Assembly (NCBI RefSeq): GCF_964355755.1
Contig: NC_092671.1
Location: forward strand, 14,198,001 to 14,262,000
Source of the DNA: Antedon mediterranea
Taxonomy: Eukaryota; Animalia; Echinodermata
DNA: 64,000 nt
Direction of reading: 5' to 3'
Shown here: positions 51,401-64,000 of the stretch, piece by piece
Position numbering within the stretch: the first letter of the stretch is position 1
How the letters are laid out: the number at the start of each line of letters is the position of its first letter
Notes under the pieces: model-generated
The model's database searches: none
The model's input: only the letters and a program-made list of their open reading frames with translations
What the model was told of the DNA's origin: nothing
Position numbers and translations under genes: made by a program

Positions 51401-54389
51401 ATGATTGACGTAGATTATGTATGGATTCTGTTTTCATACACAAAAGCCAGTCTATTTTGTATTGTACTTACATTACATCTCATGAAAATTGAAATTAAAG
51501 AAATATTTTTGCCAATCTTACTAGGATATAAAGTACTAATGAAAAAGATATCATGATATGTTTTAAGTTTGGCTAAAAAATATGACTTATCAGTTGAGAA
51601 ACATATGGTAACTGTACTGTACCTCAAGTTAAAATTCAAAATTTCTAACATTCATTATTTTTTCCCCCGTTGATGAAAAAACTGATATAATATAATATGC
51701 AAATAATTTTACAAAACATTTTACAATAAGCTCATAATATGTGCATTGAGGTTTAATGTACTTTGCTTATGATATGGCTTACTTTTTAAATGCCGATACT
51801 TTATGATTATGCTAATTTTTAGTAATATCCTCTTTACTATAAAATTCTTTCAAGACTAATGACTAAAAGTATGCATCAAAATGTCCATGACATTTCATTA
51901 GGGATTTAAAGTTAAAAAAAAAACATAATTTGTAACATTTATATTTTAGCACGCCATTTTGTGATGGTGTGAATGGCTTTCATCCCCAAAGAAAATCTAG
52001 ATCGTGTACACGTACATAGTGTTATGCCGTAAAAGGTTTCTTAAATAGCAAAAATGGCCAATTGAATCACCTGCAAATTTGGGCTGGAGTGGCATAAGGG
52101 TAATAAAAGTTCCCCAATCCCCCTGGTATTTTGCATCTGATGATTAAGTGAAGGGGTGAAGAGAGTAAGACAGAGACTCAGGCGGACAGAAAGAATATTT
52201 TATGTAGAAAAACTCCCAGTTTGTAGTTGCTACAGTAAATTACTAGAATGTTATGACTGCCTCTTTTTAAAAGAATTTAAACATTATTTTGCTATATTTT
52301 GCAATTTGCTATATATGCTATGTATAAAGAGTTGGTAAAGTTCTAAATAACTTCATTGAGGTTGCTGAACTGTATCCATCTTTATAGCAAAATAATAATT
52401 AACAGAAAATATCTACTGTAGGGAAATATAATGACGGCAAACAATAGTGTTCGTTTACATCATTGGTTTGTAATGTAAAATGGTAAAATGTAAGGGTTGA
52501 CATTATAGTTCAGCTTTGGCAAACTCATTCTTCTAATATGGTATACTGTAGGTCGGATTGCATATTACCCCATTCATACACAAACACTAGACACCACATG
52601 AACACAATTCATAATCCACAACACTCCAATAATAATTGATTAATGTCCCTAGCCGCAGTATAATGATAAAACATCCCCTCATGGCCAGTCTCACTACTTC
52701 AGCAATATACAGTTGAATTGAGTTCATTCACTTTATACATATTTGCGTCATTTTCGTAGAAACTCTTCTTCGATATCCATCAACTTAGATATTTTTCGCA
52801 TCACGTTTTTACACAAATATGATGAGTCAACGAACTAGTCAGAGGGATAAGATGGTCATTTTCCAAATGTGTAGATTAACATGTTTTAGACATTTTTTCC
52901 ATTAGTTTTTTGTCAAATGTTTCCTGGAAAGTAGTATAGTAGTACATGCTTTAGATTTAGAAGTATACATTACTATATTTTATGAGAAACTCGCTATTTA
53001 TATGTTGTGTATTCATTTATGCACATTATTTTACCATCTATTGGGTACAATAAAAGGTACACTATTGATATACGTTGAACTTGTTTTTTTTCTCTGCTTA
53101 ATTTTCTTAGAATTTCAAAATGTTTCATTCTGATTAAGCTTACTATTTAATTATATTGTAATGCTTTCAATACTTTATAACTTTGTACTATATTTTATGA
53201 CAAACCTGCGTTTGTATTTTATGTTTTTTGTTACTCATTTTTCATTTATTTCTACAATGAAATTGTTGTACATTCAAAGTGTATTTTATGAAGATGAATA
53301 AAGTTTTTTTTTAATCAATGTGCTTTTTTGCACACATATATACACACATTATTGCATTTAAATAAAATGAATGTTAAGATGTTACTTAGCGAGTGCACTT
53401 AAATTTAAGTGTCGTACGGATCTGAAATAAATGAATCTTTGATTGAATATAAGATACGATTCCTCTGCGGGCTGGATCATTGTATTATATCTCCTTATCT
53501 ATGTCCACTGTAGTGCATCGGTCTCATTGTATGTTATCCTGTCAATGTCCCAGAAATCTCTCCGGTTCACGGCCTATCATTTCCTTAGTATATTATTCTA
53601 CTTAAATGCAAATTTCAGGGGATTCAGATATAAAGCACGTTGCCTGCATATGCCATGGTACACTAGCTAATAGTAGTATAACTCTGACCTTCTAAGAAAT
53701 CAAACTTTAAAAAAGTGGGTTTCTTCAATATCTACTTGAACAAGGTTTGTTAGAAGCGTTTTCCTTGTAAGATATGAGTGTGAGATTATTGTTAACTACT
53801 GTGCAAGATTTTCTATTTGTACAAACGTTTTTTCATGATGATAAGTTACTGATGCTTCTTCAGTAAACATAATATATTTAAGTAAATTAGTAAAAATTAA
53901 ATGTTGTGTATATGATCATGAATTTATAAACAAATATGTGTTTTTTCTGTTCTCTTTTGATATTAAGTATCGTTTTGAGATTATGAAACGATTTAAACCG
54001 TGTAAAAAACAAGAAGACATGGGTTTGAGTAAATTGATTTTCTGGTATAAACACCTCAAACCTGACTCAATCGTGTTCAATGAATTACACAAACTTCTTT
54101 AAAATATTGAACCCACTGGGCTTCTTTTTAACTAGGTTTTAGGTGCTACAATACCCTTACAATAAACCAAATCTACACCCCTGTAATGTGTAGGTTTATA
54201 ATTAAACAGTCGGCTGATTGTGTAAAAGTCTCCAAAATCAGGGGTGTTAAATTCCAGAATTTTACAACCAAAAATTCTTAAGTATGTAATAAGCAACAGT
54301 GAATGATTGTAGTCACCTTTGGATCATACATTATATGTGTACAATTGTGATAGAAACGGAATTGTTTAAAACTATTCTTTTTATTTCAG

Positions 54390-54604
54390 GTGTTCAAATG
54401 TTAAAATGTATGTCTGATCAAGGATCGTTGTTTTATTAATCTTTGTGACGACATTGGACTTTATTTGAAAAGCTGGATTTCACGCGTCAACTGTCTTGTG
54501 AAAGTAACTATTAGGAATAGTAGTAAACTTATTATTGTATGCCGTGGACTTACAATTTGTTATGGATATGAACATGAATTCCCTATCTGGGATGAATCCT
54601 CAAG
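54390..54604 (+). CDS. Candidate exon of a second gene with a possible start (ATG 54562: MDMNMNSLSGMNPQ-G, phase 1)
   Basis: strong acceptor ttcttttttatttcag and donor AAG|gtgaga; short uORFs upstream; product not identifiable. Confidence 0.45.
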
Positions 54605-55404
54605 GTGAGAATCTTTTTCATTTTAGATCAATATATTTTAAAGTAAAAATTGAATAAAGTTAAAATACTAATAGTTTAAAAAAAAAGTGTTTGCAATCTT
54701 CAGTTCATAATTTTATCTAGCCATCATCTTTATTCTTTACAATCTTATTAATAGTGTTCAATGAAGCCTAAATTCATTCTTCGACTGACTTGCGTTGTAC
54801 TTTTATTATGACAGATGTGTCTTGTAGTCTTTAGCTATTTGCCTCGTTTCCAATCGTTATTTTCTTTTTTTAATACAGAATATTAAATATGTGTCGGGTC
54901 ATGCCCAGCGTTGATTTCATGCTAAACTTCACATTACAATATTGCTTTTTATTCGTTGCCGCTCAGGACTTATGATTGATTGGTCAGTCATTTTGTGCAA
55001 TAATGATATAAAGGGAGCAAACGGGACCATGTACTGTACTACTCTGTAGCTAAAGTTGATTATTTAGTATTAAATACAGTAGTTTATTGAACTTCTTAAA
55101 TCCCACATAACATTAATGATTCCCTAAATGTCTCCGTTAATATGATTTATTTTTTTTATTTGCATCTGTACTATTAGGTATGAATCCTCTATACCAGATA
55201 TTTATACAAGATATTCATAGTATTTCTGTAGAACCTTATTAAAGAGATACCTGAAGACCATAGAACAAGGTGTCCTACTTATTTATTTACTTATATAATC
55301 GGGTTTCTCCTGAGTTGGAGTTAGTCACAGTTAAAACAAAATATGTTTAGTATGTTTGTTTCACAGGAAAGTGTCTCTTAATAAAGTTATATTATATTAT
55401 TAAC

Positions 55405-56002
55405 ATGTACTGTTCTCCTTTATGGTCTAATCATTTTAAAAAAGATATCAACCGACTTAAAGTTTGTTATGATGCTTTCCGGCGGTTGTTGGGACAACCC
55501 AGATTTGTTAGTGCGAGAAATTTGTTTGTGGAAAACAATATTCCATTATTTAATGAATATTTGAGGATTTCGACTTACCGATTTCTTACAAGAATAATGA
55601 AAAGCGAAAATAGAATGTTAATTTGTATATATAAATATTTGTTATGGATTCAAACATGTACTACAAATGGAGAGAGGCATTATAATATTTTTTTTTTTTT
55701 TTAAATTTATTCTGGTATAAAACTTACAACAAGTAGCCGCAAGGCTAAAAACGTTGCAATTACAAAATTACTATACAATACTTACATAACAATAAAAAGG
55801 ATGTAAAAAATGAAATAACAACAATATCACTCTGACTCTTTGCCTCATGAACTATTGTTTAGCAAATTGATTATTGTAGGGATTGGTGAATTTTTAAATC
55901 AAAAGATAAAAGTTTTGGTCCTCTCTCCTTCATCTTTTTTTTTTGTGTGTAATGTTTTATACCATATGGACAATTGTCTGAAATAAAAGTTGAATTGAAT
56001 TA
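55405..56002 (+). mobile_element. 5'-truncated non-LTR retrotransposon (LINE) 3' end
   Basis: ORF2 C-terminal-like peptide YCSPLW...YDAFRRLLGQPRFVSARNLFVENNIP.F...R...YRF..RI.KSEN; 3' tail TCTGAAATAAA(TTGAA)n, the same tail as at 26840-26882. Confidence 0.7.
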
Positions 56003-56683
56003 GTAAATTATTTGAAAGATTTTTGGCACAAAGTTGTTAAGATTTGTGCATATTATAGTTGATGATTTTTAATTAAAGCTATCATAGTCAATAAATTTCT
56101 ATTTTACCTTTTTTTTTCCCGCTAACCAACAGCATTAAAGTGTGTCACATAATTAATATTCCCTTTCATTTTTAAGTGCTTTACAGTTGTGAAAAATAGA
56201 AACAACCACAATATTTGTTAATGACAAACTATCTTTATCTTTCCATCAAAAGGCCTTATATACTGTAGTACAACCACGTATCTTCTACGATCAGCGATTG
56301 TTTCATTATCTGTTAGTGGAAATTAAACTGCAGTTTTTTTACAATTTCTGACAGTATTTTGTGCTTCTGATAAAAGGTTGACCTACTTCATTTGTAAAAT
56401 TACATTTTTTATTGAATAGTAAGCTCGCTTTTTGTAATATGTAATATACCAATTTTAATAATGGGTTGTCTTGTACTCTCCCATTTTTGCTATTGCCGTT
56501 TTAATTAACAAGAGAGTAGTAGCATATAAGTTGTACGTAGATTTTTCAGGAAATCCTGACCTATGTTTTAAAGATGCAGAGTAAGCCTATATTAAGGTTA
56601 CATTACAATAATATAAAAATGTTGATATACTGTAAAGTTTGCAATACACCACATATATTTAGTTCTGAAAAGAACTGTTTAGT

Positions 56684-56727
56684 TTCTCAATGTTTCGATC
56701 ACTATACTTTGATCGTCCTCGGGAGTA
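56684..56727 (-). ncRNA. Degenerate minimal type-I hammerhead ribozyme motif (Penelope-like retroelement remnant)
   Basis: minus strand CTC-CCGAGGA-CGATCA-AAGTATAG-TGATCG-AAACATT-GAG: stem I, core with U4->C, 6-bp stem II, GAAA. Confidence 0.55.
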
Positions 56728-59700
56728 AGAATAACAGAGTGATTTGATAAGTTGAATGGAATAGAGCTGGCAAAATATTCAAACATTGGGTTATTTTTTA
56801 ATGAGAAAAGACACTTGGATCCTTTTATGGTTACCCCTCTTTGCTCATCAACAAAAATGCACAGAAAATTATGATTTTTATTTAAAATTTGTGGTAATAT
56901 TACCATTCAGCAGTAGTCTGCCCTCTATCAAGCAGGTTGCGGTTTACGTTTTGAACTCGGTCAAGGTCGGGAATTATGAACACGCTACTGTATATTATTA
57001 TTATTTTAAATAGGAAATCTTTTTATAGTTTTAGCCTTAAATAGACTTTTATCGTCATTCGAATTGTGTTTCAACTCGTGGAACTGCGTAAATTTTGAAC
57101 CATTCGGGACAACCCAATTTATTCTTTTGTCGAGAAAACCCTATTCTCTAATATCTTTCTAAAAAAGAGGGCGCGCTTTTTAAAAAAATGCTAATTTTTA
57201 CTATTAAAATGGCAGATGAGCTTGATCGCCCTATGACCAAATGTTATCATCAAGCCCAACCTGTTCCATATGCATGCATGTTGGGGTCTTTATCAACTTC
57301 CTATAACAGGAATGGGAGTGCCATACTCTAGGCTTGGTTTTTTTTACTTTCTTGTTTTAAAAATAAAAATAACTATATTCCATGCACTGACCTTTGAACA
57401 AACCAAATAATAGTTTGGCGGATTTTGTTTTAAGAAATAACTTACAGTATAACCTATTGAGACTTGCACGATCGATCGATCGATTGTGAAAATTGTAGCA
57501 TATCAATCATACTTCATTGCAATACATTCGAAACATTGTATGCAGAAGATCATCAAAACACTCTTCAAGCCTGTAGCCAAGATTTTTTATTTTGGTTATA
57601 ATTTTCATGAGCTAGTAGAACTATTTTCCATGACTTTATGTTGCTAGTCCCAGCTACTGTAGGGCACTTAGCAAAACGGAGAAATCGTTCAAACCCTTGA
57701 TTCGACCTGGCTAAAATACTTTCTATAAGAATTTCAAAAGCATTTTTTTCTCCTTATTCTTTAACATGTAAACATACATTCTACTTGGATGGGATTTTAG
57801 GCCACGCCATCCACAGCGGGCAGACTATTTGTGGTTTGCCTTTTATATAAAAAGATAAGGTACGGTCAACAGTGAGTGTCTTTAATCATCGCCGACATGT
57901 GGCAAGCTCATCTTCTTGTAAATTATATAGAGCAAGTATTATCCTTGTCCTATATCATAATAGTTTCTTCACACTCCCAAGTCATACATTGTGCTAGGAA
58001 ATTTAATCATGATGAAGTTGCTGTATCCATTCTACAGTATAACCGAGGGTTAATTATAGTAGGCTACAGTATACTGTACAGAGTCTTAAATATAATTATT
58101 GATTTCTAAAATTAATACTAATCATAGTATTTTATAATTCATTATGACAGACAGAGGCTATAGTACTTCAGTAGAAAACCTGTTTGCTAAAAATGGAAGT
58201 TTAATAATATGCCAAATAGTTAATGGGAATAATTTAGCAGTCTTCTTAAAATGTGAAAAAGTATTAGTAATAACCGTGATGCAAAGTGTTTTTATCTACA
58301 GGATATCACAATATATTATCAAATATATTTTTAGAGAGTAGTTGCTCATAAATAATCTTGATTCATATGGCACGAAAAAAGAATATCGTATTTCCTTGAA
58401 AAGGTCCATAGAACTTCATTTTGAATAAACGCCCCAGAGCCTTTTTTTCCTCTAATAAACACCCCGCCACATGCATATATACACAATATTGTTACAACAC
58501 AATTGTATTTGTAGTAGTATTCATTGATTGACATGATCTACAATTTACCAAGCATTTATCACATCCCGATTTGAATTGTGTTGTACAGTATTTTTCCAAA
58601 TCTATTTGGTTGTTATTTGATTATACATGTTACCATATTATTACACCCAAAAAATAAACGGCTCCCCCGAATAAACGCCTCTCTTGAATAAGCATTTATT
58701 CGACTAAATATGTTATAAATTATGTAAGTTTACAAAAAAAGTATTTCAAGAAAAAGCTTTCTTTAAAAAAGATGTTTACTTAATAAATGCATCAAATAAT
58801 GGTAATGAATCTAGTTTACCTTTGCGTTTACATTGGTCATTTACCTGTATGTTACATTGAGCCATGAATAGTGAGATAATATTTTGAATAATATTAGTAA
58901 AATATACTGTACTATTGAATTTTATTGATGTCAATACCCTGTAAATTAGCAATTAGATTGTGTTGTTGATTTTTTTTAGCATTTATTCAAGGTTACATTA
59001 GCGAATTGTATTTACGCTGAATTTAGATGTTAACATTAACAAGCTATCAAGTATCATTTTCAGTTGTGATAGTATTCTGTTTTTTTCTTATAGAGATGAA
59101 AATAAAAAGAAATATTTCTTACAAAAAACTTGCAATAACTACTGTCTACATGCATCTTAATATTTATCGGCAAATGTTTTCATAGACTCTCTTTTCCCAG
59201 ACATGTTTTGGGGTGTGCGCATGCCCAGTCCGAGTTTCCAAATACCCATTTTTTCAGTCGTAGTAAACTATAAGCTCCCGCATGGTAACTGTTTTCTTGA
59301 GAAAGCGGAGCGGCGTAAAAACTGAATTTCATTATTTCATAAATATGATTAATTTGATAGGAAACTGGACTACCAGTGTTGATTACTAATTCTTGTCTTT
59401 CTGGCATAATATACTTTCTCTCTCTCTCTCCTTTTACAATCCACACACCATATGATCATAGTATATTCATATGCATTATCAATACCTTCAATAAATAACA
59501 ATATTTTGGGTTATTATGACACATAATCATACATTCATCCGAATCGGAAATCCGATTTTTAGTAATCAATAGACACTAAATCTGCAGAATTAACATTTAA
59601 AGTACAAGGTGAAAGTTTCATTCTTCATGCTTATTAATAAATCCTAATGTTGCTTAATATTGTTTCATCACTACACTATTGATGAGGGTTTTGTTCACTT

Positions 59701-61265
59701 TTTAATGCAAATTTCCAAATTTGATTTGAGATTGAGAAGGACAACTACTGTAGGATAGTGTTGTAACATCCGTAAATTACACATATGATCATTCAATAAT
59801 TTCTGAGATCCTAATCTAAGGTAAGAGTAATGTTTGAATTTAAACTAGAGCTCTTAAAAAATAAAACCTGATAACATTTGATAGTCATTGGCCTGAGATC
59901 TAGAACCAAAGGGTACCAGTAACCAAACACATGTATTTTTTTAAAAAGACAATATTTTTATTGTAGCTAACAAATATATAAGTATCAACATTTATGGTGA
60001 TAAAATACAAATTATTCACTAACTATGTACAAAAGCATCATAATCCAGTAAGTACATTAGAAATTAATTACAAGAAATTAATACAAATTGTATGATTGTA
60101 AGTAGTACATATTCGTTTACTCTTCATTATAATACGTAATTAGTGTCAGTTGCAAATAAGAAATGCGAGAAATCAGAACTGCTATCTCTATCAGTGCTGT
60201 TCTACAGTGATATTATTGGTTGACTCTAGTAGTAGTGCTAGTTAAAACGCTCAGAGGAATAGAAGTCGTTGTCCTCTTCCTGACCTATTACATAGTTAAG
60301 CAATGATAAACATACGTATTCTTCAATTTATTAAACAAAAAAACTTATTATCTATTGTGCTTATCCTAATAAACCATTATTCTGCCTGACTACTATTCTT
60401 GAATGAAGTCATTGATGAAATTTACATCAATTTTCGTTTTTATATTAAAAGAAAAGACCCTTTACATCACACATGTTTTGTATTTCCACTTTAACATTCT
60501 AAGAGTTGAAACTTCGGTCAAGGTAGTTAAATAATCTATAATGGTACATTTACTAAACAGTTTTCTACGAATTTATCCAAAACAGTTGTTTTTTGGATGG
60601 CATTCCATAGCTAAATAGCCCCATTTTCTGTGTAAAAGCAACGTTTAATGAGGATTATTAAGGAAATGATTTTGTTTTATGAATATTTATGAATTATTTT
60701 TGCATGTATAAAGAATGAAATTCAAGGATGAAATCCCAATTTAGTAACAAATTGTTTCCTTAATAAGTGTTATTTTATTATTAAAATGATTCATTTACAC
60801 TGATTGATAGTATTCCATCATTTTCCTGTATTGTTTATAAAAAAAGAAAGGCCTAAAGATCTTTCATGCTCTTTCTGCTTTCTCCTCATTCAAAATCAAT
60901 ATCAATACTTACTATAAAATTTCACTTATATATAGATATATAGAATTTTGTTTCAAATAGTTAATTTTTGACAGTGAAAAATGTTTCATATTTTTAATGT
61001 TGATTATAAAACTATGGTGATACCTGTAATACTGTACCTCATGATATCTTGCTCCATTCCGTTAATATGTACAGTACACAGGCATCGCCCTTATGATTAT
61101 TTTCAACTGACGTCATTGGGTAGTTTCGTTACTTGCCCGAATTCAATTTAAATTCACCTAATTCTTGTATCTCAAAATTAAATGACTATTTCGTGCCTAA
61201 CTTACCTGGATAAACCAACAATAGCCTTTCTCCTCAAAGAGCGAGATATAAAATTAAATATTATA

Positions 61266-61739
61266 CAGTAGAACCTCCATTTTACGTACGGTACGGGACC
61301 GAAAGGTAGAGATCGTACAGTAGCTATAAAGGCTACCCTGTTTGTCTACTTTACTGAACAGCATGCATGTTGTCACTAGCTAGGCCTTGCCTAGACTATT
61401 CAGGCCAGGCTAGCAGGCCTAGCAAGAGATGTGAGGCCTAACTAGAAAAGTACAATACTGTATATACAGGCTGTGAGATGTTTAAATAAAGTGTAAAATA
61501 TCAATGTTCTTGTATTTTCTATCAATAAAAACAGTCGCTGCTTAAATGCACGTGCGTAGCTTGTATCAAACACACAGCAGAATTCCTCACACACACACAC
61601 ACAGCCACAGCTTTGTTGTGCTTTGTTGTTGTTAAATTGCGCCCTCAATGTAAGAAAATGATGACGTCATCGGTTATTTTAAGCGTACGTAAAATCAAGG
61701 GAACGTAAAATCAGGGTACGTAAAACACAGGTTCTACTG
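61266..61739. mobile_element. Tc1/mariner (pogo-like) MITE
   Basis: TIRs CAGTAGAACCT / AGGTTCTACTG; TA TSD; subterminal TACGTAAAA repeats. Confidence 0.85.
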
Positions 61740-64000
61740 TACTGAGCAAACTTTTTAATGGCACTGTTTAGTGAACCGGTACAAAATCGAATGCTTATAG
61801 AAAACAGTTATCCTTGATCTATCCATGAACCCTTTTCCTGTATCTCTTTTATCTGTATTATCTTCTCTCACCTTTAAACCTTCTTTACAATGTAGTTTTA
61901 CCTTTTCACTTTCTTTAATATGCATCACAGCTGCCTAAATTTATTTTGTAAAAATATTTGGTGAATTCTGCTTTTTTTATACAGTACTTGATAGTACATT
62001 ACACTGTAAACTTAATGTATTTATAGATCACTTCAGACTTAATAGATCAAGCTATATAATTATATTAGTATTTTGATTTAAGGCACTAGAGATGCTGGTA
62101 AGTCCAGCAAACATGTTATGATTGCAAGTACTATATGTATTATAACATGTGCCACACAAACTTTTAATTTAATGTCATTCTGAAAAATAGACTTTCTAGT
62201 GTCAATCAAGAATTTTTGGATAGTTTACCTGATACGATATTTGTGGCAGCCATTTTCTCAAAATTTAAATTTTTGTTTTATTTTTGTATCGATCTTTACT
62301 AAAAGGAATTTGGATTCATACTTGTTATATTTCATAATTTTTGTTCAGAATTTCCCAAAATTGAACATATTTTTTTCTTTTTAAATTGGTGCAGAGCATG
62401 TGATAGATCTTATATTATGTTTAGTAGTGAATATTTGTAGCCAAGAAAAGATATTGCCATACATTTTGCTGGTATTATTATTAACATTCGTGAGGAAAAC
62501 AAAATGCCGCTGAGGTGTATAAAAGAGGATTAGAGCAGAGTTTATAAATGAGAAGAAAGCACCGGTAAAGCTATTCACATCAGTCGTTGATTATTTCCGT
62601 GCTTAGAACTAGGTTTGGGATCAAACATGGTTAATGATCCCAACAATCTCAAGGTAGAGTTTTGGTCGTTCAGACAGTACCACAGGGAGGAACTAGAATT
62701 CCCTTGCTCTCGCCCAATAAGAGCTTTATGTTAAATATTCACCTCATACGAAGAAGTAAAAAAAAATCGTATTTATATTGAGTACATACAGTACTGTAAA
62801 CCACATTCTGCTATTGCATTATGGGAACAAGGTGGGTCATTTAAGGACATCTGCAGGAATTAAACTAACTTCCTCTCATAAAAATCTTGATTTATTTGTT
62901 TTTGTTTTTGAATATTGACTTATTGGAAATTATTTTCATGATCACCAATTTCTAGAGTATGTTTACTATTTGTTTACAGATTGTTTTGAGTGGTCAACGT
63001 TTATTAAACAATAAAAATAACCATTATTTTTTAATGGAATTCTAGCAAAGCCATTTAATATTTGAAATTAAGATCATTTTAAATTATCAAGGAAGTAACA
63101 CATTTTTTAATAAAATAGAAAGCATCTTACTTCATTATAGGCCCATTTCCTGTGATTTCTTATTTTTCTTGTACATGTATGGTTTCAATATTATAATTAC
63201 GGTAAGTGAGCCTGCTGCCCTCACCTCATATCTAGATTTCATTTTGAAAAATATCTGATTTACAGATTTTTCTATCATATTTTTAATTTCCCTTATTTCC
63301 TGTTGAAAAGTGTTATGAATAATAAATAGTTTTATAAGACTCATTGAGATTAAACTTTCCCTTTCGGTATTTACTACCAGTTTTAAAAATACTTATCTAC
63401 AATGTTACAGTTAGATATATTTAAATTTATTCTAATTAAGATACAATTGCAATCCTCCAATAACAATCCCTTAATTACATGTTTATTGGTATATTCACCT
63501 TGAAACTGATATAGACCTACAGTAAGTGCTGAAAAGTCCAATCTAAACACTGAGTGTGTGACTTATGACAACACAATGTGAATCCCCCACACATGTGGAG
63601 CTCATGGCGCTTTGTGTGGCAACGACGACAAATTGGTTGATATTCAGCATCATAGGGCGGTTTTGTTCTGTGTTTGTTGATTAATCATCTGATTATGTAT
63701 GTCGAATGCTTCTGAAAATAAAAAATAAAAAATGAAGTTTTATCATTATTCCTAAACCGGTTGATGATGTTGAACACTGAATGGAAAAAAAATACACACA
63801 AAAATTGAAAATGCTGTTAATCCAGATAGTACTATGAACTTAAAATTAAAATGTTGTTTTATGCTATAGACTTCATCCTACTGAACTTTGATAATTAAAT
63901 GTGTTACAAACTTAAAGGTCAACTGATCTAAAGGTCAAATATAATATGTTGGAGATTGGCCAATGGCTGCCATGATCATGTGTATTGTTGTAATTTGTTG

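Overview
AT-rich eukaryotic genomic DNA from an invertebrate animal (a marine deuterostome such as an echinoderm is a guess from repeat style, not proven). Positions 357-24032 (+) hold the 3' ~90% of a phosphoinositide phospholipase C delta gene. I could join 18 exons with consistent splice phases (about 691 codons: PH, EF-hands, X, X-Y linker, Y, C2), and all catalytic residues are present. Three features stand out: a U12 (minor-spliceosome) intron after the PH exon; up to three frame-preserving candidate cassette/micro-exons (9, 33, 54 nt) in the X-Y linker intron; and two tandem, homologous alternative last exons encoding a basic or an acidic C2 C-terminus. The remaining ~40 kb has no long coding sequence. 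It looks like the 5' region of a second, unidentified + strand gene (candidate leader exons and one candidate first coding exon). It is filled with MITEs (Tc1/mariner-pogo, PIF/Harbinger, hAT-like), a Helentron-type element, tRNA-derived SINEs, a LINE 3' end, a degenerate Penelope-type hammerhead motif and minisatellites. The long ORFs at 31.9-33.6 kb are artefacts of a 24-bp satellite. All splice calls are read from sequence only and need transcript confirmation.
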